Of a DNA stretch of 64,000 nucleotides, positions 45,885 through 55,221 are shown one piece after another. This stretch comes from an uncultured delta proteobacterium. Its GTDB lineage: Bacteria > Myxococcota_A > Polyangia > Polyangiales > Polyangiaceae. The DNA is taken from assembly GCA_963716725.1 (NCBI GenBank), contig CAVQUB010000008.1:1-64000 (forward strand), in the 5' to 3' direction. A program made the position numbers and the translations under genes. Under the pieces are notes generated by a model, which had not been told where the DNA came from, ran no database searches, and saw only the letters and a program-made list of their open reading frames with translations. Every line of letters starts with the position of its first letter. Position 1 is the stretch's first letter.

Positions 45885-46055
45885 CTCTTCTCCGAGGCAT
45901 GCCGCGCGCCTCAGTCGCAGGTCGGGCGACCGCTCGACTTTCGCCATCGAGATCACCTCATTCGGCGCGCCGAGATCACCCATTTCGGGGCCTGTTCAGC
46001 GGTATCGGTGACCCCGATCGCCGCCGGATGATAGCTTGCTCGCGGAGGGCGACCC

Positions 46056-47291
46056 TTGCTACCCGCATCGCTGAACCGGATCTCGGGCGACAAACTCGAG
46101 GGCTTACTCGCGGCCGCCTACGCGATCGATCTGCCCACCGAGGAGCACCTGGCTACGATCCATGAGGCCTGGGCTCGCCTCGAGATCGATGGCGATCGCT
46201 GCGTCGCGTTTTGCTGGCACCCGGACGCCTCCGGCCAGCCGGTGGTCGAGCACCTTCGCTCGACGCCCCCCGAGCTGCTGGAGACCTTCGGGCAAGTCAT
46301 GCAAAACACCACACCGGCGGTGGTCGCGAGGATGGCGCAATCCCGGGCGGACTGCGGGTTCATGTCCCAGCACTTCCAACGCACCCGCGGCCTCCGTGCT
46401 GCACGCAACCAGGGCTACCCCGACTTCTTCGGCCTGTTGAGCCCCACCCAGACGGGCTTCGTCGTGTCGGTTGGCACGCCGATGCCCACGACCGCCAAGC
46501 AGCCCTATGCGTCGGCCGCTGGCAGAGGGCTCGCGGAGCACCTCGCCGCTTCATGGCGCTTGCGTAAACGTCTCGAAGCTCCCGACGCTTTCGAGGAGAA
46601 CGCCGAAGCCGTCTTGGCCCCCGACGGGCGGCTCCAAGACGCAGTGGGCGAGGCACGGCGGCCAGATCTGCGCGAGCGGCTTCGCGCCCACGTAATGCGC
46701 CGCGAGGTCGCGATGCGCGAGCGAGACGGCAGCTTGTGGCCCGCGCTTTTGGACGGGCGCTACACGATCGTGGACCGCTTCGAGCGATCCGGCTCGCGCT
46801 ACGTGGTGGCCTACCGAAACTCCGCGAACACGTCGCGCGTCCTGCGGCTCACCCCGTTGGAAAAACAGCTCGCGCTGGGAGTCAGCGCAGGAGTTCCCCA
46901 GAAGGTGCTCGCCATCGAGCTGGGGCTTTCGCCTTCACGCATCTCGAGTGCGTTGCGACATGCGCTTCGCAAGGTCGGCATCGCGAACGCCATCGAGCTG
47001 AGCCTGCTAGCGGCGGGCGGGGAAGTCGTCGCGGTCAACGACGAAGTGCTCGGCCCATCGATCCTCGCCGCCTATCGGCTCAACGACACCGCGGGCGCGG
47101 GCCTGCTATCCCTGACCCCGGCGGAACGGGAGGTCACGGCAGATCTACTGCGCGGCCTCAGCAACCGCGAGATCGCCGCCAAGCGCAATCGCCGCGTTCG
47201 AACCATCGCCAACCAAGTCGCGAGCGTTTTGGCGAAGGTCGGGGCTGGCTCGCGTCGCACGCTCGTGACCGCTCTCGCCGGCCGCCCGTGA
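46056..47291 (+). CDS. LuxR-family regulator with two HTH domains (start uncertain)
   Basis: LTPLEKQLA…KVLAIELGLS and LTPAEREV…GLSNREIA…TIANQV. Confidence 0.82.
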   Translation: MLPASLNRISGDKLEGLLAAAYAIDLPTEEHLATIHEAWARLEIDGDRCVAFCWHPDASGQPVVEHLRSTPPELLETFGQVMQNTTPAVVARMAQSRADCGFMSQHFQRTRGLRAARNQGYPDFFGLLSPTQTGFVVSVGTPMPTTAKQPYASAAGRGLAEHLAASWRLRKRLEAPDAFEENAEAVLAPDGRLQDAVGEARRPDLRERLRAHVMRREVAMRERDGSLWPALLDGRYTIVDRFERSGSRYVVAYRNSANTSRVLRLTPLEKQLALGVSAGVPQKVLAIELGLSPSRISSALRHALRKVGIANAIELSLLAAGGEVVAVNDEVLGPSILAAYRLNDTAGAGLLSLTPAEREVTADLLRGLSNREIAAKRNRRVRTIANQVASVLAKVGAGSRRTLVTALAGRP

Positions 47292-47352
47292 TCGAATCGC
47301 TACGGTACGGCAGGGTGAGTCAGTGGCTGATGAGTTGGTCCATCCAGCAGGG

Positions 47353-48396
47353 TCACTGGCATTTGTCGTCACCGTCGGTGCCGATCACGTTGCAGCACAG
47401 CGATGCATCCACCGTGTTGCCGATCTTGGGCACGACCCCAGCGGAGAAACAGCACTGGTCACCGGTCCAACCCGAACCGCAACTGGTTCCCGCGATGCAA
47501 CAGGGCACCCCAGGCAGGCGACTACATCGTTCCGCTTCTGAGGGCGCGGAGGCGTTCGGCAGTGCACATGTGGGCTTCTCACAGAGCCCTTTCTCGCCGG
47601 TCTTCGGGATACCGTTTGCTTTGGTGCGACACGCCAAGCCGATATTGCAGTCGAGGATGCTCTCGCACTCACTGCCCGCTGGTAGCAAACAACTCGATCC
47701 GGCGCAGACGAACCCCGGACAGCAGGGCACAGAGTCCGGACCGCCGCCGCACTTTGTGCCGTCCTTCAGCTTTCCGCACGCGAGCGGATCTGCGCGGCAT
47801 CCCGCGTGTTCGCCTTCGGACCAACACTCCGCGTCAGTAGCGCAGTAGGTGACCGCGACCTTGCCGACCTTGCCGACCTCACAATTGAAGGCGACGTTGC
47901 CTTCGCAACGTGCGGCGTAGTTCGAGTTGCAGCTGCTACCGATGCCGTCGCCCGAGCACAGCGCTACCGGGCCGATGCTCGTCTGCTGGACAGCGCAGGT
48001 TCCGAAGGCCGAGCATTCCCCAAGAAACAGCGCAAACTGGCCCTGGTATTGGGCACAGGTGATAGCGCAACCGTTGACGCACTCCCCCTTGGACTGGCTA
48101 CAGGGCGCGCTCTTCGGGCAGGTTGGCGGATACGTGGCGCTGGCACTCCCCGAGCCGCCCGCGCTGGTACCGCCCGCGCTGGTACCGCCCGCGCTGGTAC
48201 CGCCCGCGCCGGTCCCGCCCGCGCCGGTCCCGCCCGCGCCGGTCCCGCCGCTGCCGCCGCCCACGCCCCCGGTGTTCGCGCCGGTCCCACCACTCGCGGG
48301 ATCTGACACTCCGCTATCGTCGCTGGAGCAAGCCGACAACCCAAGGCCAAGGGCTGCGGCGGCCGAAAGAGCAAGGAAATGAAAGACTCGCCGCAT
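47353..48396 (-). CDS. Cys-rich lipoprotein with GGT(G/S)A linker
   Basis: Lipobox LSAC; many Cys including CC pairs; 15-bp repeats at about 48156-48250. Confidence 0.75.
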   Translation of the reverse strand: MRRVFHFLALSAAAALGLGLSACSSDDSGVSDPASGGTGANTGGVGGGSGGTGAGGTGAGGTGAGGTSAGGTSAGGTSAGGSGSASATYPPTCPKSAPCSQSKGECVNGCAITCAQYQGQFALFLGECSAFGTCAVQQTSIGPVALCSGDGIGSSCNSNYAARCEGNVAFNCEVGKVGKVAVTYCATDAECWSEGEHAGCRADPLACGKLKDGTKCGGGPDSVPCCPGFVCAGSSCLLPAGSECESILDCNIGLACRTKANGIPKTGEKGLCEKPTCALPNASAPSEAERCSRLPGVPCCIAGTSCGSGWTGDQCCFSAGVVPKIGNTVDASLCCNVIGTDGDDKCQ

Positions 48397-48587
48397 CGAT
48401 ACAGCACCCAAACGAGAGTTCATCTTTGCCTCTGTGGCGCTCCGAACTCTCGATATTCATCCCGAGCCCACCGTGCCGCCCAGCCAACGCGGAACACGAT
48501 GCGCGTCCGGCGCGACCCGCGCATGGCACGCTGCCCGGCTGCGACGGGCTGAGTCCCGACAGCTCGAGGTCGACGAGCCCGGCGACT

Positions 48588-48687
48588 CCGACAAGCAGCC
48601 GCTCGCCACCTCTCACCTCATGCTCGACGCGGGGCTTCGAGCCCAGGCCTAGCGTCGCGCTAGCGGAGCACCAGCGCGCCCTCGACG
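48588..48687. repeat. 100-bp direct repeat, right copy (partner 45785..45884)
   Basis: Manual alignment at offset 2803 bp. Confidence 0.95.
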
Positions 48688-49439
48688 ATTTCGCGAAAGC
48701 GCTTGGCGAAGCGCGCGGCCGGCGCGCCGTCGACGATGTCGTGATCAATGCTCGCGGTGAGCGCGAGGGTGTCGCGCGCCTCGATGCGTCCGTCGATCAA
48801 CCCCGGCTTCCGCGTGATGCCGCCGACCGTGAGCCCGAGCGTGTGCAGCGGGACGATGCCGACGGCCCAGCCCGCGCCCATGCCGAACATGCCGACGGAG
48901 GTCACCAGGGTGGTGCCTGCGGTGCGCTTGAGCGACCTCGGATCCCGCCTGAGCGCTCGAAAGAACGCGCGACGCAAAAAGCCCGGAGTGACGCGCGACA
49001 GTCGCATCAGCGCTCCGGAACGCTGAGCGCTCGCCGCGGGCCGGGACTGGACGCGGCGGATCTCGTCGTGCAGCTCCCGGGGTGTTCTGCGGTTCGCGGC
49101 CCGGATCACGTGCGGGATGGCGACGCCATCGCGCTCCGACTCGATCAAGGTCACCACGTCCACCTCGTCGAAGAGCACCAGTCGACCGCGCCAGTCTCGG
49201 TAGGCGTGCAGGCGCTTGTCCTCGTCGATGGCGCGCGCCAGGCTCGCGACGATGAAGGCAGTGAACGACAGCCGCTCGCGCTCGCTGGTGGCCTGAGCGC
49301 GCATGAGCGCGAGTGCGTCGGTCACGTCGAACTCGAGGATCGCGTGCACCATGTGGCGGTGGACCCCGACCTCGAGCGCATCGACGATGTCGTGCCGCGA
49401 TCTCGGGAAGGGCCTCAGCTCGAAGGACGCTGCGCTCAT
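48660..49439 (-). CDS. Stand-alone 2-oxoacid dehydrogenase E2-like acyltransferase catalytic domain
   Basis: EFDVT, LSFTAFI, GTTLVTSVGMFG, DHDIVDGAPAARF; no lipoyl domain. Confidence 0.85.
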   Translation of the reverse strand: MSAASFELRPFPRSRHDIVDALEVGVHRHMVHAILEFDVTDALALMRAQATSERERLSFTAFIVASLARAIDEDKRLHAYRDWRGRLVLFDEVDVVTLIESERDGVAIPHVIRAANRRTPRELHDEIRRVQSRPAASAQRSGALMRLSRVTPGFLRRAFFRALRRDPRSLKRTAGTTLVTSVGMFGMGAGWAVGIVPLHTLGLTVGGITRKPGLIDGRIEARDTLALTASIDHDIVDGAPAARFAKRFREIVEGALVLR

Positions 49440-49482
49440 GGCGCGAGGTTGCCACAGGGCGCCACGCGGCGCATCGGGTCGC

Positions 49483-52400
49483 TCACTCGGCCGGGCTCGG
49501 CAGCTCTGCTCCGCCCGCGAGTAGCGGTTCGCTGTGCCGCTCTCGCCGCCGGGCAGCCATGGCGTAGAGAACGGGGACCGCCGCGCGGCTCACGAAGAGC
49601 GAGGCGATCTCGCCCGCCATCAGCGCGATGGCCAGGCCCTGGAAGATCGGATCGAACAAGATCACCGCGGCGCCGAGCACCACCGCCATCGCGGTCAGGA
49701 GCATTGGGCGGAAGCGCACGGCGCCGGCCTCCACCACTGCGTCCTGCACCGACATGCCCTCGGCCATGCGGGCTTCGGCGAAGTCCACCAAGATGATCGA
49801 GTTGCGGACCACGATGCCGGCGCCCGCCATGAAGCCGATCATGCTGGTGGCCGTGAAGAAGGCGCCCATGGCCGCATGGGCGGGCAAGATGCCGATCAGT
49901 GAGAACGGGATGGCCGCCATCACCACCAGCGGTGTTCCAAACGAACGGAACCAACCGACGAGCAACGCGTAGATCAAGATCAGCACGACGCCGAAGGCCA
50001 GACCAAGATCCCGGAACACCTCCAGTGTCACATGCCACTCTCCGTCCCACTTCACGGCAGGCTTGGCGTCGTTTGCGGGTTGCTTCAGGTCGTAGAGCGC
50101 CAGCTGTCCGGTGGTCCCGCCGAACTTCGTAGCGTCGAGCTTCTCGAGTTCCTTGTTCATCTCGAGCACGGCGTAGGCCGAGCTCTCGGGGCCGCCTGCG
50201 ACGTCTCCCGTCACGTAGACCACCGGCACTAGGTTCTTGTGATAGATGCTCTGGTCTTCGACGGTGCGCTCCACGCGAACGAGCTCGCGCAAGGGCACCA
50301 GCCCGCCGCCGTTGCCCGAGGGCATGAGCAGCCCCAGCAAGCTGTCGGTGTCGGGGCGTTGATCGCGGGGCAGGTCCAGCATCACGGTCACGTCTTCTTG
50401 CTCTCCCGGCACGTGCACCAATCCGAGAGCCTCGCCGCCGACCGCGACCTTCACGCTAGCCGCGATGGCATCGGCGCTGATGCCGTGCAGGGCCGCCTTC
50501 TCTTTGTCGACGACCAGGCGGTGTTTCGGTTGCGGATCTTCCGCGTACCAGTCCACGTCGACCACGCCTTCAGTGCGCTTGAACAGGGAGCGCACCTCTT
50601 CGGCCAGGCGCCGTCGCGACTCGGCGTCGGGTCCGTACACCTCGGCGACCAGGGTCTGCAAGACGGGCGGTCCCGGCGGCACTTCGGCAATGGACACCCG
50701 GGCCTCGTAGCGCGCCGCGATCTCGGCCACGCGCGGCCGAATGCGCAGCGCGATCTCGTGACTCTGCGAGCTGCGGTCGTGCTTCGGCAACAGGTTCACC
50801 TGCACGTCGGCCACGCTGGAGCCCGAGCGCAGGTAGTAGTGCCGGACCAGGCCGTTGAAATTGAAGGGCGCCGCGGTGCCGGCGTAGACCTGATAGTCCG
50901 TGACCTCGGGCTCCGTACGCACGGCCGCGGCGATCTCGCGCGCGACGCGCGTGGTGCGCTCCAGCGAGCTGCCCTCGGGCATGTTGAGCACCACCTGCAG
51001 CTCGCTCTTGTCGTCGAAGGGCAACATCTTCACGCGCACGAGGCCGGTGGGCACGAAGGCCATGGCGCCGACCAAGAGCCCCGCCACACCAATCAAGAAG
51101 CCCCAACGCCAGGCGGTCTTGCCGACGAAGCGCGACATGACCCAGCGGTAGGCCCGCGTGAGCCGGTCGTCCGCGCTGCCGTGCCCTCCGCCGCCGTGGC
51201 CGGCCTTGCCGTGGGCTTTGCCACGTCCCAGCAAGCGAACGGCGGCCCAGGGTGTGACCATGAAGGCCACGACCAAGGAGAAGAGCATGGCCGCGGTGGC
51301 ACCCACCGGAATAGGCCGCATGTACGGCCCCATCATGCCGCCCACGAAGCCCATCGGCACGATGGCCGCGATCACGGCCAGGGTCGCCAAGATGGTGGGG
51401 TTGCCGACCTCGTCGACCGCGCGGACCGCCACTTCGCGCAGCGACCGACCCTGGTTCTCGGGCAAGTCGCGATGTCGCACGATGTTCTCGACGACCACGA
51501 TCGCGTCGTCCACCAAGATGCCGATGGAGAAGATCAGCGCGAAGAGCGTGATGCGGTTGAGCGTGTAGCCGGTCAGGTGGAAGACCAAGAGAGTCAGCGC
51601 GAGGGTCGAAGGAATGGCCACCGCGACCACCAACGACTCACGGAAACCCAGCATGAACAAGATCAGGAGCGACACGCTGAGCACCGCCACTCCCATGTGG
51701 AAGAGCAGCTCGTTCGACTTCTCGCTCGACGTCTCGCCGTAGTGGCGCGTGGTGGTCACGTGCACGCTGCTCGGGATCAACGTGCCCTTGACGGACTCGA
51801 GTTGCGCGAGCACTCCCGCGGCCACGTCGATGGCGTTGGTGCCCGGTCGCTTGGCCACCGAGAGCGTGACCGCCGCGGACTCGTCGGCGCTGGCCGACTT
51901 CGCGGCGCCCTTGCCGAAGAGCACGTACTGTGACGCCTCTTCGCTCGCGTCGCTCACCTGCGCCACGTCCCGCACGTAGACCGGCGCTCCCTGCTGCACA
52001 CCCACCACCACCGCGCCGACGTCCTCCGCGCTCTGGAAGAAGCCGCCGGTCTGCACCACCACGCTGCGATCGTCGGTGGTGAGCGCCCCGGCGGAGCTCT
52101 GTTCGTTGGCTTGGCGCAGCGAGCGTGCCACCTCGGCCATGCCCAGGGAGCGCGAGGCCAAGAGCGCGGGGTCCAGTGACACGCGCACCTGGCGGCGCAG
52201 CCCGCCAATCAGCTGCGTCTCGCTCACCTCGGGGATGCGCTTGAGCTCCGAGGCCACCTCGGCCGCCAAGCGACGCAGCGTGAGGTGATCGTGATCCTTG
52301 CCGTGGAAAGTGAGGGCCAAGATCGGCACGTCGTCGATGGATCGCACCTTCACCAGCGGCGGCGACACGCCGCTCGGGATGCGGTCTTGATTGGCGGCCA

Positions 52401-52758
52401 GCTTGGCGTCCAGCTTCACCACCGAGCGCTCGACGTCTTCGCCCACGCGGAAGCGCACCACGGTGAGGGATCGGCCCGGCTGGCTCGTGGTGTAGACGTA
52501 CTCGACTCCGGGGATCTCCCAGAGCAATCGCTCGATGGGGGCGGACACCCGGCTCTCCACCTCTTTGGCGCTGGCGCCCGGCATGGCGACCATCACGTCG
52601 ACCATCGGCACCTTGATCTGCGGCTCCTCTTCTCGCGGCAGGAGCACCAGCGCAAAGAGGCCGAGCAACACCGACGCTACGATGAACAGCGGCGTGAGCT
52701 TCGAGTCGACGAAGGTGCGCGCCAGGGCGCCCGCGGGTCCGAGGCCGGAGCGGCTCAC
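49483..52758 (-). CDS. RND efflux permease (AcrB-like)
   Basis: 1091 aa; [30 protein letters not shown]. Confidence 0.93.
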   Translation of the reverse strand: MSRSGLGPAGALARTFVDSKLTPLFIVASVLLGLFALVLLPREEEPQIKVPMVDVMVAMPGASAKEVESRVSAPIERLLWEIPGVEYVYTTSQPGRSLTVVRFRVGEDVERSVVKLDAKLAANQDRIPSGVSPPLVKVRSIDDVPILALTFHGKDHDHLTLRRLAAEVASELKRIPEVSETQLIGGLRRQVRVSLDPALLASRSLGMAEVARSLRQANEQSSAGALTTDDRSVVVQTGGFFQSAEDVGAVVVGVQQGAPVYVRDVAQVSDASEEASQYVLFGKGAAKSASADESAAVTLSVAKRPGTNAIDVAAGVLAQLESVKGTLIPSSVHVTTTRHYGETSSEKSNELLFHMGVAVLSVSLLILFMLGFRESLVVAVAIPSTLALTLLVFHLTGYTLNRITLFALIFSIGILVDDAIVVVENIVRHRDLPENQGRSLREVAVRAVDEVGNPTILATLAVIAAIVPMGFVGGMMGPYMRPIPVGATAAMLFSLVVAFMVTPWAAVRLLGRGKAHGKAGHGGGGHGSADDRLTRAYRWVMSRFVGKTAWRWGFLIGVAGLLVGAMAFVPTGLVRVKMLPFDDKSELQVVLNMPEGSSLERTTRVAREIAAAVRTEPEVTDYQVYAGTAAPFNFNGLVRHYYLRSGSSVADVQVNLLPKHDRSSQSHEIALRIRPRVAEIAARYEARVSIAEVPPGPPVLQTLVAEVYGPDAESRRRLAEEVRSLFKRTEGVVDVDWYAEDPQPKHRLVVDKEKAALHGISADAIAASVKVAVGGEALGLVHVPGEQEDVTVMLDLPRDQRPDTDSLLGLLMPSGNGGGLVPLRELVRVERTVEDQSIYHKNLVPVVYVTGDVAGGPESSAYAVLEMNKELEKLDATKFGGTTGQLALYDLKQPANDAKPAVKWDGEWHVTLEVFRDLGLAFGVVLILIYALLVGWFRSFGTPLVVMAAIPFSLIGILPAHAAMGAFFTATSMIGFMAGAGIVVRNSIILVDFAEARMAEGMSVQDAVVEAGAVRFRPMLLTAMAVVLGAAVILFDPIFQGLAIALMAGEIASLFVSRAAVPVLYAMAARRRERHSEPLLAGGAELPSPAE

Positions 52759-53768
52759 TGGCGGACCTCGAGCGGCTGACCGTCGCTGAGCTGCGCGGCG
52801 TTCGTGATCACAACGCGTTCGTCGACCTCGAGTCCGCTGGAAATCTCGACGAAGCCGCTGCGTGCCCGTCCGCTGCGCACCAAGCGCAGCGCGGCGCGAT
52901 CTTCCAAGGCCACGAACACCATTTCGAGCTGGCCGCGCTGGACCAGCGCTCCTGCCGGGACCTCGAGCGCGCGGCGCTCGCCGGAGCTGAGCTCGACCCG
53001 ACCGAACATGCCGGTGCGCAGGGCGGGGTGGCTCGGCAGATCGATCTTCACCAGCACCGTGCGCGTGCTCGCCTCGGCGCTGGGGCTGATCTCGGCGATG
53101 ACGCCTTCCAGCTTTTCAGCCACGGCGTCCACGACGATTGCCAGCTTCTGCTCGGGCCGGAGCCGCGCTGCCATGGCCTCGGGCACCGAGGCTTCCAGGC
53201 GCAAAGCCGTTGGATCTTCGAGCACCAAGAGCGGACGGCCGGGCAACGCCTGGTCCCCCGCGTTGGCCAGCTTGGCGGTCACTACTCCGGAAAAAGGCGC
53301 CCGGATCACCGTGTAGCCCTGCATCACCCGCGCTTCGCCGTGCGAGGCCTCGGCGACTCGCATCTGCGAGTTGGCTCGGTCGAGCTCCGACTTCGAAATC
53401 ACGCCGCGTTGCTCCAGGCTCTTGGTTCGAGCGAGCTCGATCTTGGCTTGATCGAGCAGCGCCGATGTCTGCCGCGCCTTGGCGTCGATCTCCCCGGCAC
53501 GCAGTCGCACCAAGATGTCACCGGCCTTCACCCGACTGCCGAGCGTCACATCGAGGGTCTTGACGGTGCCCATGACGTTCGACGAGAGACTGGCGCTGGA
53601 GCGCGCGCGCACGGTGCCGACGACCTCTTGCACGACGCTGCTCTCAGCGCGGCGCGCGGGCGCGACGGTGACCGCGGCGCGCGGCAGAGCAGTCGGGCTC
53701 GGCGCTGGGGGCGCGGGCTGACACGCGGCGAACAGAGGCAGGGCGGTGAGGAACATCAGGCGGCTCAT
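52755..53768 (-). CDS. RND periplasmic adaptor lipoprotein
   Basis: Lipobox [31 protein letters not shown]. Confidence 0.92.
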   Translation of the reverse strand: MSRLMFLTALPLFAACQPAPPAPSPTALPRAAVTVAPARRAESSVVQEVVGTVRARSSASLSSNVMGTVKTLDVTLGSRVKAGDILVRLRAGEIDAKARQTSALLDQAKIELARTKSLEQRGVISKSELDRANSQMRVAEASHGEARVMQGYTVIRAPFSGVVTAKLANAGDQALPGRPLLVLEDPTALRLEASVPEAMAARLRPEQKLAIVVDAVAEKLEGVIAEISPSAEASTRTVLVKIDLPSHPALRTGMFGRVELSSGERRALEVPAGALVQRGQLEMVFVALEDRAALRLVRSGRARSGFVEISSGLEVDERVVITNAAQLSDGQPLEVRQ

Positions 53769-53800
53769 GGTTGCGACGCGCTTTCCGGGGAGTTACCCTT

Positions 53801-53836
53801 TGGACAGACGGAACATATCACCATATAGTAATATGT
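53801..53836 (+). promoter_or_regulatory. Sigma-70-like promoter overlapped by an ArsR-type inverted repeat
   Basis: TGGACA-N17-TATAGT; ACATATCAC-N6-GTAATATGT (8/9 inverted match) at 53813..53836; AT-rich island. Confidence 0.7.
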
Positions 53837-54177
53837 CAATGTCGCGTCGTAGCCGTATTCGCCGCCTGGATAGCCCGATTCTGGAGAGCGTCGCCGGGGT
53901 CTTCTCGGTGCTGAGTGAGCCCACCCGCTTGCAGATCCTGCAGCTCCTGGGCGAAGGCGCCCTGAGCGTCTCGGAGATCGTGACCTCTCTCGAGATGAAG
54001 CAGGCCAATGTCTCCAAACAACTCGGCATCTTGAACCAAGCGGGCCTGGTGGGTCGCGAGCGCGACGGGTCGAACGTGCGCTACTCGATCACCGAACCGA
54101 TGATCTTCGACCTCTGCGATCTGGTCTGCGGCAAGCTGAAGAAGGACGCCGAAGCCCGCATTGCGAGCCTGAAGTAG
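53833..54177 (+). CDS. ArsR/SmtB family repressor
   Basis: LSEPTRLQIL, QANVSKQLGIL, C-terminal LCDLVC. Confidence 0.9.
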   Translation: MSMSRRSRIRRLDSPILESVAGVFSVLSEPTRLQILQLLGEGALSVSEIVTSLEMKQANVSKQLGILNQAGLVGRERDGSNVRYSITEPMIFDLCDLVCGKLKKDAEARIASLK

Positions 54178-54195
54178 CGGGGGTAGCATCGGGGC

Positions 54196-55212
54196 GTGCG
54201 GATCGCGTTGGTCATCGCTGCGCTGGCCCTGGGGTGCTCCTCGTCCGACGACGAGTCGAAGGTCTGCGAGCCGGGGCGACAAGTCGCCTGCGCCTGCATG
54301 AGCGGGAGCGGGATCCAGAAGTGCCACAGCGATGGCAGCGGCTACGGCGCCTGCCAGTGTGGTGACGCGGGCGCCGACGCCAGCGCCGGTTCGGGCGGCG
54401 GCGGCAACGCCGGTTCGGGCGGCGGCGGCAACGCCGGATCGGGCGGCGGCGGCAACGCCGGTTCGGGCGGAGCGTCCGGTGGCGCATCCGGTGGTGTGGG
54501 CGGTGGTGTGGGCGGTGGCAGCGGCGGCAGCGGCGGATCCTCCGGCGACGCCGGCACGACCTGCGCTCCGGGCACGGCCACCAACGTCACGGGTGCCTGC
54601 GATCTCGTCACCCAGAACTGCGCCGCGGGTCTGACCTGCCGCGTCGAGCAGACCGATGCGGGCGGCTATCAGAGCGCGTGCATCGATCTCGGCAACGGCG
54701 CAAAGAAGCTGGGCGAGTCGTGCAATGCGCACAAGGACTGCCAGGCCAAGCTGAGCTGCGCGCTCTCGAAGTGCACGCGGCCCTGTTGCAACGACGGCCC
54801 CTGCGGAGCCAACGGCTCCTGCGACATGAAGATCAGCTACGGCTCCTCCTTCGTGCAGGTCTGCACCTTCTCGGCGTCGTGCACTCCATGGGCAAAAGAC
54901 TGCCCGTCGGGACCCGAGTCCGACTGCCATATCGGCGCCAACGGCAAGCTCAAGTGCAGCTTCCCCAACTACACAACCGACGCGGGCTCGACCTTGGGCA
55001 CGGCCTGCCAGTTCTTGAACGACTGCCAGGATTCGCAGCAATGCGACTTTGCGAGTGGCAGCGGCGTGTGTCGCTGGCTCTGCAAGGCCAGCGGCAGCGG
55101 CGCGCCGGACGCCGGCGCCGTCGGCGGCACGCCCGGCAACGGCGGCTGTCCCAGCGGGCAGACCTGCAAGGCCTACTCGAGCCCGAGCTGGCTCGGCGTG
55201 TGCCGGCCGTAG
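54196..55212 (+). CDS. Cys-rich lipoprotein with Gly-rich linker
   Basis: Lipobox ALGC; CEPGRQVACAC module; CDLVTQNC and GESC modules. Confidence 0.78.
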   Translation: MRIALVIAALALGCSSSDDESKVCEPGRQVACACMSGSGIQKCHSDGSGYGACQCGDAGADASAGSGGGGNAGSGGGGNAGSGGGGNAGSGGASGGASGGVGGGVGGGSGGSGGSSGDAGTTCAPGTATNVTGACDLVTQNCAAGLTCRVEQTDAGGYQSACIDLGNGAKKLGESCNAHKDCQAKLSCALSKCTRPCCNDGPCGANGSCDMKISYGSSFVQVCTFSASCTPWAKDCPSGPESDCHIGANGKLKCSFPNYTTDAGSTLGTACQFLNDCQDSQQCDFASGSGVCRWLCKASGSGAPDAGAVGGTPGNGGCPSGQTCKAYSSPSWLGVCRP

Positions 55213-55221
55213 GGACCCGCC

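Noticed and set aside
45885..48587. Calling the cassette a transposon or prophage
   Set aside because: No transposase, integrase, terminal inverted repeats or phage genes
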